DNA of 64,000 nucleotides from Bacteriovoracaceae bacterium (GCA_965217035.1 OZ244226.1:2214146-2278145); one strand, 5' to 3'; positions 1-10,584 are shown, numbered from the stretch's first letter. Notes: generated by a model from the letters alone, not told the origin. Program-made: numbers and translations.

Positions 1-1160
1 ACCCTTATGGTCAAACGCTTTTTGTTTCGCCGTTAAGGGTTCTAGCTACTATCTCTGAAGTATGGAAACCGAATAACTCCACTCAGAATCTTTTATCACA
101 GTATATGACAGCACCAACGAAATACACCTTTGATAAAGAGATTAAAACAGCTCCAGGTTTTACCACTTATCTTAGCAAGGAATATCTTTCAGTTCTTTCA
201 GATCTTATGATTATTCTCGATAGAAAGATAGGTTCTCAAAAAGAGTATGTGATTTGGGACAATAAGGTGATGGCTGGAAATAATAGCTTCCCTGATGGAA
301 TCCAGCGCTATCAAGCTGTGACGATGGGGGATCGCTATGCTATGGCTTCTTACCTCGCTCAAGTCGCTTCAAACTGGTCAATGTACCTGGCTTATAACAC
401 TCACAATATTCTCGAAGTTTTTAAAAGCCTTGGTCATCTCTATGGGGTGGATAGTTTTACGTCCTCTGTTACAAATAGGCTGGGAATATGGAGAGATATT
501 AGTGGAGCCCCTGCATCTGCAAGAAAAAAGGTTTTTGATAACAAAAAATATAAAACTTTTCTTAAAAAACATGCTGGAACAAGTTATTGGATGGGAGTTT
601 CTTTTAAATATCTTAAAAGATCAGTTGATTACGGACAAATCGCTTGGACTGAGCTTAAAGAGAGGAAATCTAACGAACTTGGCATTTTAAGCTATTTTCA
701 AATTCCTACAGGGACACAAACATTTTTGAATGACGGAGTTGAGAAAGTTCGAGAGGCTTTTCCTGAAGAAAACGAGAATGGAAAATTTATTACTGATAAA
801 AAAGATAATGTGATTAAAGGAAATATGACTTTTTCAAGCTTAGTTTCAAATGAAACGGTTAAGTTTGATGTTTATGAGTTTTATCACAACCCTCCTGCAG
901 ATTTGAAAAACTTTCTTCCAAAAGACTTTGTTAGAGGGAAAAAGAATAAGGAGAGAACTTTCAAGACTCAAAATGGAAAGAAGTTTGTTACGAAATACAG
1001 AAATTATCTATATGGAAGCCCTCTTAAGTGGCAGATTGATAAGTTTTCGAAGTATTTTAAAAACGTTGAGAAGGATGAAGATATTCCTCGTAATATCAGA
1101 GTTCTTTCGGAGTCATACGCTAGTCCAATGGCGACGCCATTTTTTATGGCCGTTTACTAG
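1..1160 (+). CDS. hypothetical protein, 5'-truncated by window edge
   Basis: Frame is open from position 3 through the ATG at 105 to the stop at 1160; no recognisable motif. Confidence 0.7.
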   Translation, partial: PYGQTLFVSPLRVLATISEVWKPNNSTQNLLSQYMTAPTKYTFDKEIKTAPGFTTYLSKEYLSVLSDLMIILDRKIGSQKEYVIWDNKVMAGNNSFPDGIQRYQAVTMGDRYAMASYLAQVASNWSMYLAYNTHNILEVFKSLGHLYGVDSFTSSVTNRLGIWRDISGAPASARKKVFDNKKYKTFLKKHAGTSYWMGVSFKYLKRSVDYGQIAWTELKERKSNELGILSYFQIPTGTQTFLNDGVEKVREAFPEENENGKFITDKKDNVIKGNMTFSSLVSNETVKFDVYEFYHNPPADLKNFLPKDFVRGKKNKERTFKTQNGKKFVTKYRNYLYGSPLKWQIDKFSKYFKNVEKDEDIPRNIRVLSESYASPMATPFFMAVY

Positions 1161-1195
1161 TTTTATGACTTCAGATCTGTTCTAATAATTTTAGA

Positions 1196-3388
1196 ATGGA
1201 GAGCCTTAAACTATTGCTTGGTCGGACTTTAAGTTGGGCCGAGCAAAATCATAAAAAAACTTTATTTTTTTTTGGATTATTATTCCTTGCTTCTCTTTAT
1301 CTGTGTAAAGACATTAAGGTTCTTTTTTCAATTAACGACATTGTTAATGAGAATTTTGAGACAACAAGCTCTCTTAGAGTTTTAGAAGATAAGTTTGATG
1401 AGAGAAATGATGTTCTTGTCTTTATTAGTACTGAAAATGAGCAATTTACGAAAGAGGAGGTCTGTGCAGTAAAAGAGCTCGTTGCTGACTTCTCTCTAAG
1501 CCCTGATATCTCTAAGATTTTTTCTACTTTTCATCTTCGAAAAACTTTAATGAATTCGAGAAGCTTGAACTTTCCCTTGATTGTGGATGTTGATTGTCAT
1601 GAAAATGATTCTTTTTCATTAAAAAACTCACTGACTTCTCTTAAAAAGAGTCCTTGGTATGGTTCATTGATTTCAAAAGAAGATAAACAAGATATTGCCA
1701 TTTCACTTTATTTGGATCCTGAAAACTTTTCAGGAAACGATATTGCCTTTGGAACCTTCTCTGTGAATCAAGTTCAACGAGTTATCGAACGGATTCAAAA
1801 TTTTATGAAATTAAACCCTAGTTTATCTGTTAAGCTGACGGGAAATGCGATTTATCAATATGAAGGGTATAAAGGATTAGAAAGTATTAATCTTTCAAAT
1901 CTTCTTATTGGTCTTTTGATCTTTGTCACTTTTAAACTCTTCTGGGGGACATTCCGTTCGGCGTTTCTTTTTCTTCTGTCTCTTCTGTTGACCTATACCT
2001 TACTTTGCGGGGGGATGGTCTTGCTTGGATTCCACTTGGATATTCTTTCAAATAATTTATTTCTAATGTTGGCTGTAAGTAGTATTGAAGATTTTATTTT
2101 TCTGTCTTGTCTTAATCAATCTCAGAATCCTCGTGAGAGTTTTCGGAAATTGATGCTTCCATGCCTATTGACTTCTTTTACTACGCTTATCGGGTTCATT
2201 TCTCTCGGGCTTTCTCCAATCGATATGGTGGCTCATTTCGGTATTCTCGTGGGGATTGGGGTCCTGATAGAGTGGATTATTACTTTCTTTTTCCTCCCCG
2301 CTTTTATTAAACAATTTCCTTATTTTGAAAAATGGTCTTATAAAACGAAAGTTTCTAATGCTCTCCAAAGAGGAGTTAGCAATATCAAGATAAAAGTTAA
2401 TCGTTTGGTTTTCTTTCTTTTATTTTTAGCTTTCCCATTATCCTTTTTTGCATTTTCAAAGCTCGACTATACTGATAGTCCTGAGCTTCTTTATCCAAAG
2501 GACTCTTTAGTCGGAGAGACTTATTCTTATCTTATGGATACAAGAGGGTTTAAAAGCTTTACGAATGTCTTAATTAAAGAAAAGAACTTTAATGCTAACA
2601 AGCTTTTGGATGAGATTAAGGCAATTGATAATGTTTCTCATATTGAAGATATTGGCACGATCAAGAAATATTTCAGTACTGATGTCTTGGGTGAGGATAA
2701 AAAATACTTAGATTTAGTTCTTGATTCTTCTTCTTTTCTTGAGAGATATCAAAAAGATGGTTATCGCAGGGTTATTGTCTATCTTAGAGAATCTCATACA
2801 GCAGGAGTGAATGAGATTAGATTTTTAGTGAAAAGACATTGTAAATCTTCAGAATGTGAAGTTGCCGGAACTGTTTCTTCTTATGCCGAGATGAGTGAAA
2901 AACTTCAAGAAACTCTTTTTTCAAGTCTTGGGGGCTGTATTTTGGTTGTAGCCATTTTCCTGGGAATTCTTTTTCGTGCCGCAGGGGAAAAAGTTAATTT
3001 TCGTGTGATTCTCACAAGTTTGTGGGGTGTTTCGGCGCTACTTATTTTGATTTCGATCCTGAAAGTCTCGATTACATTTGCCACCTGTCTTTTTGGGGCA
3101 GCTTTAGTGGGTCTGACGGGAGACAATGCGATTCAATTTATTGCTAATTCAACGGGGCAAGGAATCGAAGAGAGTGCGAGAGAGCTCTCCCTGGCTTCAT
3201 TTATTAGCTGTCTGGTGATGAGTGGGATTGCTCTGACCTTTTGTTTGTCCTATTACGTTCCCATGAGGGCGCTTGGAGGGATTTTGGCGCTGGGAATTCT
3301 ACTCAGCTTCCTTGGTGACTATGTGCTCCTTGTGAATTGGCCCCAAAAAAAAGCGCTGCGCAATGAAGAAAATTTCCACTTAAAGTAG
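1196..3388 (+). CDS. MMPL/RND-superfamily membrane transporter (putative lipid exporter)
   Basis: 730 aa with two repeats of TM + periplasmic loop + TM bundle; MMPL-like segments 'AVSSIEDFIF', 'TSFTTLIGFISL', 'GLTGDNAIQF'. Confidence 0.8.
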   Translation: MESLKLLLGRTLSWAEQNHKKTLFFFGLLFLASLYLCKDIKVLFSINDIVNENFETTSSLRVLEDKFDERNDVLVFISTENEQFTKEEVCAVKELVADFSLSPDISKIFSTFHLRKTLMNSRSLNFPLIVDVDCHENDSFSLKNSLTSLKKSPWYGSLISKEDKQDIAISLYLDPENFSGNDIAFGTFSVNQVQRVIERIQNFMKLNPSLSVKLTGNAIYQYEGYKGLESINLSNLLIGLLIFVTFKLFWGTFRSAFLFLLSLLLTYTLLCGGMVLLGFHLDILSNNLFLMLAVSSIEDFIFLSCLNQSQNPRESFRKLMLPCLLTSFTTLIGFISLGLSPIDMVAHFGILVGIGVLIEWIITFFFLPAFIKQFPYFEKWSYKTKVSNALQRGVSNIKIKVNRLVFFLLFLAFPLSFFAFSKLDYTDSPELLYPKDSLVGETYSYLMDTRGFKSFTNVLIKEKNFNANKLLDEIKAIDNVSHIEDIGTIKKYFSTDVLGEDKKYLDLVLDSSSFLERYQKDGYRRVIVYLRESHTAGVNEIRFLVKRHCKSSECEVAGTVSSYAEMSEKLQETLFSSLGGCILVVAIFLGILFRAAGEKVNFRVILTSLWGVSALLILISILKVSITFATCLFGAALVGLTGDNAIQFIANSTGQGIEESARELSLASFISCLVMSGIALTFCLSYYVPMRALGGILALGILLSFLGDYVLLVNWPQKKALRNEENFHLK

Positions 3389-3433
3389 CATTGATTGTGA
3401 CAACTTCTCCTGGAGAAGAAGTGAGGGTTTAGA

Positions 3434-6400
3434 GTGACTCAAAAAATTGCATTAGGGATCGATGTAGGCTCTACAACTGTGAAAGCTGTAGTAGTTGATC
3501 AAGAAAATAATGAAATTCTCTGGCAAGATTATCAACGTCATGAGACCAAACAAGCTGAGAAAGTTGTCGATTTTCTTGTCCGAATTGGTCATGAATTTAA
3601 TTCTATTTCTCCTGAGAATATCAAAGTTTTTATCACAGGTTCTGGCGGTGGAGTTCTTGCTGATTATCTTGGTGCGAAGTTCGTTCAAGAAGTGAATGCA
3701 GTCACGATCGCTGCCGAAAAAATGTATCCAGATATTGGCTCTGTTATTGAGCTTGGTGGACAGGATGCTAAGATTATTATCTTTAAAGAAAATGAAACGA
3801 CGGGAGAAAAACTTTCTATTACGTCGATGAATGATAAGTGTGCTTCGGGTACAGGAGCAACGATCGATAAGTGTATGCTGAAAGTTGGGATGAAGCCGGA
3901 AGAAGTACAACTTCTTTCTTTTGATGATTCTAAACTTCATCATGTGGCCGCAAAGTGTGGTGTTTTTGCAGAGACTGATATTGTTAATCTCGTAAAGACC
4001 GGAATTCCGGCTCCCGAGATCATGTGCTCGCTTGCAGATGCAATTGTTATGCAAAACCTTTCAGTCTTAACTCGTGGGAATACACTTCGGTCTAAAGTCA
4101 TTCTTCTTGGTGGTCCAAACTGTTATCTTCCATTTCTTCAAGAGTGTTGGAGAAAGCGTATTGTCGAAACTTGGGAAGAAAGAGGATATGAGTTTGATAA
4201 AGAAGCTCCGATAGAAGAGCTTATCGAAATTCCAAAAGACTCGCTCTACTTTGCCGCTTATGGCGCTGTTCTTTTTGGGCTTGCTGATGATTCGTTTGCT
4301 GATCATTACCAAGGACTTACAAAATTACAAAATTATATCCGGCATGGAAGAGGTCAAAAACTTCAAGAACTTTCAGATATTCCACTGGTGAAAAGTGAAG
4401 AAGAGCTTGAAGCTTTTATTTCTGAATACACAATTCCTAAGTTTGAAAACTATAAACCTTCACCTGGTGAAATCGTTTCGGGATATTTAGGAGTTGATGG
4501 AGGGTCGACTTCATCAAAATGTGTGCTTGTTGATATTGATGGAAATATTCTTTTAAAGGAATACCAACTTTCAAAGGGGAACCCGATTCAAGACCTTAAA
4601 GAAATGCTAGGTCGGATGAATCAAAAAGTTGATGATCAGGGAGCTTCGCTGAAAATTCTTGGTTTTGGTTGTACGGGCTATGCTGGTCAAGTCTTGAACC
4701 AAGCACTAAATGGGGATTCCAATGTCGTTGAAACTGTTAGCCATATGAGAAGTGCGATGCATTTCTTCGATGACGTCGATGTGATCTGCGATATTGGGGG
4801 GCAAGATATTAAAGTTCTTATGATTAAGAACCGAGAACTAAAAAACTTTAAGCTTTCGAACCAATGTAGTGCTGGGAATGGGATGCTTCTTCAGGCGATG
4901 GCCGATCAGTTTGGAATTCCGGTAACTGAATATGCAGAGAATGCCTTTCGCGCGAATCATGCTCCTAAGTTTAATTATGGCTGTGCCGTTTTTCTCGATA
5001 GTGATCGAGTGAACTTTCAAAAAGAAGGATTTGGGAAAGAAGAGCTCATGGCAGGGCTTGCTATGGTTCTCCCAAAGAATGTGTGGCAATACGTTGTTCA
5101 AATCCCAAGACTTGCAGAGCTTGGAAGAACTTTCGTGCTTCAAGGGGGAACTCAATACAACCAAGCAGCTCTAAAAGCCCAGGTCGATTATATTAAAGAA
5201 CGTGTTCCGAATGGAAAAGTTTACGTTCATCCTCATCCGGGTGAGGCAGGAGCTTTCGGTGTTGCCTTAGAGGCTAAACGAGTTGTTGAAAAAAGAGGGT
5301 TTAGCACTTTCGTTGGCCTAGAGAATGCGATTGATATTACATATACAACGAAAAACGACGAAGAGACTCGATGCTATTTCTGTCCGAATCATTGTTCGCG
5401 AACATTCGTGGACACAGTCACTCCTTCGGGAGAAACAGCTCGCTATATTTCTGGTTTTTCTTGTGAGAAAGGCACTGTAGAGAGCAAAGAGTCTTTAATG
5501 CTTCTTCAGAAAGAAAGAGCGAAGAGATTAAGAAGATATCCGAACCTCGTTACTTACGAAGCAAAAAATGTTTTTAAATATAGTTATCCTTTTCAACCTA
5601 TTCCTGAAGCTTCCGAAGAGATTGATGATGTTCAAGTCAAAAAAACTTTTTGGGGTCAAATTAAAACATTACCTATTAAGCGAAAGATAGAACGCTCAAA
5701 CACACTTATGGAAAAGGGGAGAGAGAGCATTGTCATTGCGATGCCTAAGGTTCTCAATATGTGGACGATGGGACCGTTTTTCAGAACCTATTTTGAAGTT
5801 TTAGGGATTAAGCCTTCGAATCTGATCTTTAGTGATGATAGCGGTGAAGAGATGTTTGCTGAAGGTGGGAAATACGGGTCGATCGATTCTTGCTATCCAA
5901 GTAAGGTCGCTCAAGCCCATATTCATAATATCCTTTTTAAGAAAAATTCAGAACGAAAGCCTATTAACTATCTTTACTTTCCAATCATGACTCATATGGA
6001 AACCTACCTTGAAAACGTGATGGGGAATGCAACTTGTCCAATCGTTGCAGGAACACCAGAGGTTATTAAAGCGGCTTTCACTAAAGAAGTTGATTTCTTT
6101 GCTCGCTCTGGCGTTGAATATTGTTGTGATGACCTGAACTTTGGAGAGCTTCTTTTACTTAAAGACCAGATGTTTAAAGCTTGGGAGTATCGTCTTGGTA
6201 TCACAGAAGACGAAAGTAATTGGGCGGTTGAGCAAGGGCTTAAAGCGATGCAAGCTTTTGACTTCATTATGGAGTCGAAAGGAAAAGAGATTCTTGAAAA
6301 GGTTTCTGAGAATAATGAAATGTGTTTATTGATGGTCGGAAGACCTTATCATTTAGATCCAGGTTTGAATCACGAAATTATGGAGGAGTTCCAGGCTGAA

Positions 6401-6847
6401 GGGTATCCTGTGCTCTCGGTTCGTTCACTGCCAAAAGATAAAGAATTTATTACAGGTCTTTTTGAAGAGGATGAGAACCCTTTCGATATTAATGATGTAT
6501 GGCCAGAAAATTTTAGTGTAAACTCAGCCCAGAAAGTTTGGGCAGTAAAGTATGCTGCTCGCCATCCGAATATCGCTCTTGTGGACTTCTCTAGTTTTAA
6601 ATGTGGGCACGATGCTCCGACCTACGGAATTATTGATAATATCGTCAGTTATGCGAATACAGGCTTCTCTGCTTTTCATGATGTCGATGCTAATAAGCCA
6701 GGGGGCTCTATTAAGATCCGAGTGAGTACTTATTCTTATAGTTTAAAAATTAGAGAAGAAGAACTGAGAAGCAAGAATGAAACAATTGAAATGAAACTAC
6801 CATCGAACAATCAAGGAAAAGAAGATGCTAGAGTTAGTTACCAATAA
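3434..6847 (+). CDS. PlsA/Ger-like acyl reductase activase: two BadF/BadG/BcrA/BcrD ATPase domains plus DUF2229-type reductase/dehydratase domain
   Basis: Two ASKHA motif sets (GIDVGSTTVK/ELGGQDAK/NDKCASGTG and GVDGGSTSSK/DIGGQDIK/NQCSAGNG), CxxCxNxC...CEKG, SCYPSK, FKCGHD; GTG start after gaggg. Confidence 0.85.
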   Translation: MTQKIALGIDVGSTTVKAVVVDQENNEILWQDYQRHETKQAEKVVDFLVRIGHEFNSISPENIKVFITGSGGGVLADYLGAKFVQEVNAVTIAAEKMYPDIGSVIELGGQDAKIIIFKENETTGEKLSITSMNDKCASGTGATIDKCMLKVGMKPEEVQLLSFDDSKLHHVAAKCGVFAETDIVNLVKTGIPAPEIMCSLADAIVMQNLSVLTRGNTLRSKVILLGGPNCYLPFLQECWRKRIVETWEERGYEFDKEAPIEELIEIPKDSLYFAAYGAVLFGLADDSFADHYQGLTKLQNYIRHGRGQKLQELSDIPLVKSEEELEAFISEYTIPKFENYKPSPGEIVSGYLGVDGGSTSSKCVLVDIDGNILLKEYQLSKGNPIQDLKEMLGRMNQKVDDQGASLKILGFGCTGYAGQVLNQALNGDSNVVETVSHMRSAMHFFDDVDVICDIGGQDIKVLMIKNRELKNFKLSNQCSAGNGMLLQAMADQFGIPVTEYAENAFRANHAPKFNYGCAVFLDSDRVNFQKEGFGKEELMAGLAMVLPKNVWQYVVQIPRLAELGRTFVLQGGTQYNQAALKAQVDYIKERVPNGKVYVHPHPGEAGAFGVALEAKRVVEKRGFSTFVGLENAIDITYTTKNDEETRCYFCPNHCSRTFVDTVTPSGETARYISGFSCEKGTVESKESLMLLQKERAKRLRRYPNLVTYEAKNVFKYSYPFQPIPEASEEIDDVQVKKTFWGQIKTLPIKRKIERSNTLMEKGRESIVIAMPKVLNMWTMGPFFRTYFEVLGIKPSNLIFSDDSGEEMFAEGGKYGSIDSCYPSKVAQAHIHNILFKKNSERKPINYLYFPIMTHMETYLENVMGNATCPIVAGTPEVIKAAFTKEVDFFARSGVEYCCDDLNFGELLLLKDQMFKAWEYRLGITEDESNWAVEQGLKAMQAFDFIMESKGKEILEKVSENNEMCLLMVGRPYHLDPGLNHEIMEEFQAEGYPVLSVRSLPKDKEFITGLFEEDENPFDINDVWPENFSVNSAQKVWAVKYAARHPNIALVDFSSFKCGHDAPTYGIIDNIVSYANTGFSAFHDVDANKPGGSIKIRVSTYSYSLKIREEELRSKNETIEMKLPSNNQGKEDARVSYQ

Positions 6848-8339
6848 TGAAAAAAAACAATCGAAACAATGGAAAGAAAAATTCTTTATTGATTTCAAAC
6901 CCGAAGAAGTTGGAACGACAACGATTGTAATGTCGGGGCTAACTATGGCCCATGATAATTTCTTTACGGCAGCCCTAAGAGGATTCAGTTTTAAGTCGAT
7001 GACTCTTCCTGTAGCGGACAATGAAGCTTTAAGATTTGGGAAAGAGTTTGGAAATCGAGGGCAATGCAATCCAACGTATTTTACTGTTGGAAACCTGATT
7101 AAGTTCTTAACTTTCTTAAGAGATGAAAAAGGATTATCAACTGAACAAATTATTTCGGATTATATCTTTTTAACAGGAGGGGCTTGTGGCCCTTGTCGTT
7201 TTGGAATGTATATTACTGAGTATCGAAAAGCTTTAAGAGATTCAGGTTTTGAAGGCTTTCGTGTTATTCTTGCATCTCAAACAGAAGGAATTCGTCAAGT
7301 CATCGGAGATGGGATGGGACTTAAGATGACAACCAAGCTTTTTTCGAAGCTTATGAGTACTTTCCTTGTTGCTGATGTTCTAAACCTTCTCACTTATAGA
7401 GTCCGTCCTTATGAAGTTGTTGAAGGAACGACTGACCAGGTCTATGAAGCAGCAACGAACGTTTTAATCGAATCGATTGAAAATAATAAATCTCTTATCA
7501 AAGCCTGCTTGAGCGTTAAAAAAATGTTTGCGGAAATTGAAGTTGATAGATCCCAAGTGAAACCAAAGGTCTCATTACTTGGAGAATTCTGGGCGATGAC
7601 GACTGAAGGAGATGGAAATTATAAAATGCAAAGATTCCTTGAGTCGGAAGGGGCAGAGGTCGATATCCAGCCGATTACAGCTTGGCTGCTTTATACCATT
7701 TGGGAGCTTCGGTATGACACAAAATATAGAATGAGCTTAAAAGGAACCGATAAAGGACTTTATGGGCTTGATGGAGTTAACACGCGAAAGAAACTCATGA
7801 TTTTATTCATCAGTGAATGGGCGATGCGAGGAGCTTTTAAGTTCTTCTCAAGAATTATGGGATTAAGGAAATACAAATTGCCGAATATGGATGAAATCGC
7901 AGAAATTGGGAAAGAGTTCTATAACAATAACTTGAGAGGTGGTGAGGGGCATATGGAAGTCTCAAAGCTGATTCTTAACGTAGTGAAGAAGAAAGCCAAT
8001 ATGACAATTTCTGTAAAACCGTTTGGTTGCATGCCTTCGAGTGGAGTTTCTGACGGTGTTCAAAGTATCGTAACCGAGAAATATCCGGAAGCAATTTTCC
8101 TTCCTATTGAAACATCGGGAGATGGTGCTGTTAATGTTTATAGCAGAGTTCAAATGCAACTTTTTAAGGCTAAAAAACATGCTCAGAAAGAAGTTGATGA
8201 TGTCCAAACTCAAATGAACAAGACACTTGAAGAGATGAAAGCGAATAAGAAGCATCCTTATCTGTTCAAATCATTAAAACAACCAAAACATAAATATGCC
8301 TGTACAGCAGCAAATGCCCTTTATGAGTATAGTCATTAA
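6825..8339 (+). CDS. PlsR-like 2-hydroxyacyl-CoA dehydratase-family Fe-S subunit
   Basis: GQCNP, GACGPCRFGMY, GGEG and KPFGCMP motifs; overlaps the upstream activase gene. Confidence 0.8.
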   Translation: MLELVTNNEKKQSKQWKEKFFIDFKPEEVGTTTIVMSGLTMAHDNFFTAALRGFSFKSMTLPVADNEALRFGKEFGNRGQCNPTYFTVGNLIKFLTFLRDEKGLSTEQIISDYIFLTGGACGPCRFGMYITEYRKALRDSGFEGFRVILASQTEGIRQVIGDGMGLKMTTKLFSKLMSTFLVADVLNLLTYRVRPYEVVEGTTDQVYEAATNVLIESIENNKSLIKACLSVKKMFAEIEVDRSQVKPKVSLLGEFWAMTTEGDGNYKMQRFLESEGAEVDIQPITAWLLYTIWELRYDTKYRMSLKGTDKGLYGLDGVNTRKKLMILFISEWAMRGAFKFFSRIMGLRKYKLPNMDEIAEIGKEFYNNNLRGGEGHMEVSKLILNVVKKKANMTISVKPFGCMPSSGVSDGVQSIVTEKYPEAIFLPIETSGDGAVNVYSRVQMQLFKAKKHAQKEVDDVQTQMNKTLEEMKANKKHPYLFKSLKQPKHKYACTAANALYEYSH

Positions 8340-8353
8340 TTAAGGAGAGAACG

Positions 8354-9130
8354 ATGGGAACAACGACGGTGGTTCAGACGAACCATGCAAAAAACAAGTA
8401 CATTCACAATTTTTCATGGCCTAGGTTTATTATCGGTTTTGCTGGAATTGTTTATTTCTGTTATGTCCTTGCGATGTCAATAGCGACAGGGAATACATTT
8501 GTAATTACAGTTGCTGCAATTATCTTTACTTTTACTTTAAGCTCTCTTTTTGAATGGGTAACGCATGGGTTTCTTTACCACGTCCCTCTGCCATTCTTAA
8601 AAAAGATTCAAGTGATTCATGAGAAAGGTCATCATTGGGGACTTTTTCCGCCGACACGCTATATTCAGAATGAAACAAGATATGATCATATGAGCTTTAA
8701 GCAAGAAGAAGGAAATTGGAAGTTAGCAGACAATAGTAAGGACTATTGGTTTGCAAAAGGGTCTCAAATTGTTCTTCACTTCGTAATTGGTATCCCTACT
8801 ATTCTTCTTCCGGCATGGGTCTTAACGGCTGGAAATATGACTTTCTTTGGGACAACAGTGGTAACACTCGGGTTTATCTCTTACCTCCTTGCGAGTGTTC
8901 ACGGTTCAATTCATACTGAAAAGGGTCGTTGGTTTGAAAATCATGCTTGGTTTAAATGGCTTAACCGTCATCACTATATCCATCATATTGATATGACTGC
9001 GAACATGAATTTCATGTTACCGCTTTGTGACTATGTTTTTGGCTCAAGAAAAGCAGAACTTACAAAAGCAGAAGCGGATTATTGGCCGACCTTTGATGAA
9101 GCCAATAAATTAAGAGCTGGCCGAGCTTAG
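8354..9130 (+). CDS. fatty acid hydroxylase-superfamily membrane diiron enzyme
   Basis: EWVTHGFLYH, HEKGHH, HGSIH and RHHYIHH His boxes, NF..P..D..FG tail, TM segments; SD aaggag. Confidence 0.8.
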   Translation: MGTTTVVQTNHAKNKYIHNFSWPRFIIGFAGIVYFCYVLAMSIATGNTFVITVAAIIFTFTLSSLFEWVTHGFLYHVPLPFLKKIQVIHEKGHHWGLFPPTRYIQNETRYDHMSFKQEEGNWKLADNSKDYWFAKGSQIVLHFVIGIPTILLPAWVLTAGNMTFFGTTVVTLGFISYLLASVHGSIHTEKGRWFENHAWFKWLNRHHYIHHIDMTANMNFMLPLCDYVFGSRKAELTKAEADYWPTFDEANKLRAGRA

Positions 9131-10584
9131 TGACAACAACTTGGGGAATACTCTTACTCTTCTGGGCAATTGTATTGCCGGCAGCGCTTTATTTCTTTCT
9201 TCATCGAAAGAACAGAGCGACGGGCTATTTTTGTCTTGAGAAAATCAAGTCCGATATTTGGTGTTATCGAGGTTATTTTAGCAATTCTGCAATCGTGAAG
9301 TTTAAAGACTGTCTTGTTTTAGTTGATACTCAAGTTTCACCGAAAGCAGCGAGAAAGATGCTCAATAGCCTGAGAAAGCAAACAAATCTTCCTATTAAGT
9401 ATGTCGTGAACACCCATCATCACGGCGACCATGTAGGAGGGAATGAAGTTTTTTCTGATGCCAGAATCATTGGAACGGATCTGACGAAAGAATATGTTCA
9501 CACTCGTGACGACCATCGAGTCAATTACACCAAAGCTTTTGGTTTGCTGGTCCAAAAATTTCACGAAGTGATGCCTCCTAATGAAACCTTTAGTGGAGAA
9601 AAGAAACTAGAAATCGATGAAGAAGAAGTTCATATTGCGCAAATGGGATCAGGGGAAACTGAAGACGCTTGCGTGGTTCATTTTCCAAAACGAAAACTGG
9701 TGGTTGTCGGTGATGCTGTGGCCCCGGAGGATTTTCCGTTTCTAGGAACTCCTTTTCTCGATGAGGGATTACAGGCAGATGGTGAATGGGTAAAACTTCT
9801 CACTAAAATACGTGAACTTAAACCTGGGATCATGATTTGCGGGCATGGACCGGTGTTAGTTGGAGAAAAGAAAATCTACGACCGTTTAACCTTGTTAATT
9901 AATCTTTACACCGATTTGATTGAAGAAACTCGAAAGGCCCTTGAGCAAACAGGAGAGTTGGGCCAGATTCTTCCAATCGTGAGAAAGAAGCTTTCCTATT
10001 ATAAAAATCATCCTGATCTCAAGCAAAAAACTCTGAGTATCGATTTTGCTATTTATCGAAGTTATAACAGCTTAAGACCTGAACGAAAGGGGAAAGGTTG
10101 GTGGTATGACTTGAGACCTTCTGTTGTGAAGCCAAGTGATGAAATTGAAGAGTTGAAGCAAGATCAGTCGAGCCTTGGGTTTAGCAAGCTTAGCCATCAT
10201 TATTTTAAGGAAATGTTTAAGGTCCCAGTAAGGGTAGACAGCTCTGAGTATGCAATATTAGCAGCTGACTCAGCTAGGAAAGCGCTCGAAAAAGATGAGC
10301 AGGACCCTGTAGCCCTTAGTGTTTATGGTATCCTAGAAGTTTTGGGGGGGCTCGTTCTTGCTCAGGAGCTTAGAGAGCCAATTGGGAAGTTGGAATTAGC
10401 ACTTGAAAAAAATAAAGGAAGGCTAGGGTTTGTTCAAAAAGCGCTGACAGCCTTGTTTCTTTCGAGAGCTTATTTATACGAAGAAAACTATCCAAAATCC
10501 TTTCAAGCCTTCACAAAGGTTTTGCCTTCTTGTTCTGGAATCTTACTCGCACCTTTCTATCCTATCGTTAAAGTGGTCCTCTAA
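9130..10584 (+). CDS. MBL-fold metallo-hydrolase with N-terminal membrane anchor and helical C-terminal extension
   Basis: NTHHHGDHVGGN, GD and CGHG motifs; hydrophobic N-terminus; TAGTG stop/start overlap. Confidence 0.85.
   Translation: MTTTWGILLLFWAIVLPAALYFFLHRKNRATGYFCLEKIKSDIWCYRGYFSNSAIVKFKDCLVLVDTQVSPKAARKMLNSLRKQTNLPIKYVVNTHHHGDHVGGNEVFSDARIIGTDLTKEYVHTRDDHRVNYTKAFGLLVQKFHEVMPPNETFSGEKKLEIDEEEVHIAQMGSGETEDACVVHFPKRKLVVVGDAVAPEDFPFLGTPFLDEGLQADGEWVKLLTKIRELKPGIMICGHGPVLVGEKKIYDRLTLLINLYTDLIEETRKALEQTGELGQILPIVRKKLSYYKNHPDLKQKTLSIDFAIYRSYNSLRPERKGKGWWYDLRPSVVKPSDEIEELKQDQSSLGFSKLSHHYFKEMFKVPVRVDSSEYAILAADSARKALEKDEQDPVALSVYGILEVLGGLVLAQELREPIGKLELALEKNKGRLGFVQKALTALFLSRAYLYEENYPKSFQAFTKVLPSCSGILLAPFYPIVKVVL

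Noticed and set aside
3391..3404. TTGAT upstream of the Fe-S activase as an FNR box
   Set aside because: The second half reads ACAAC rather than ATCAA at N4 spacing; half-site only.
8354..9130. Possible CarF/TMEM189 plasmanylethanolamine desaturase
   Set aside because: The His-box pattern and NF..P..D..FG tail fit the fatty acid hydroxylase superfamily better. An HMM search would settle it.
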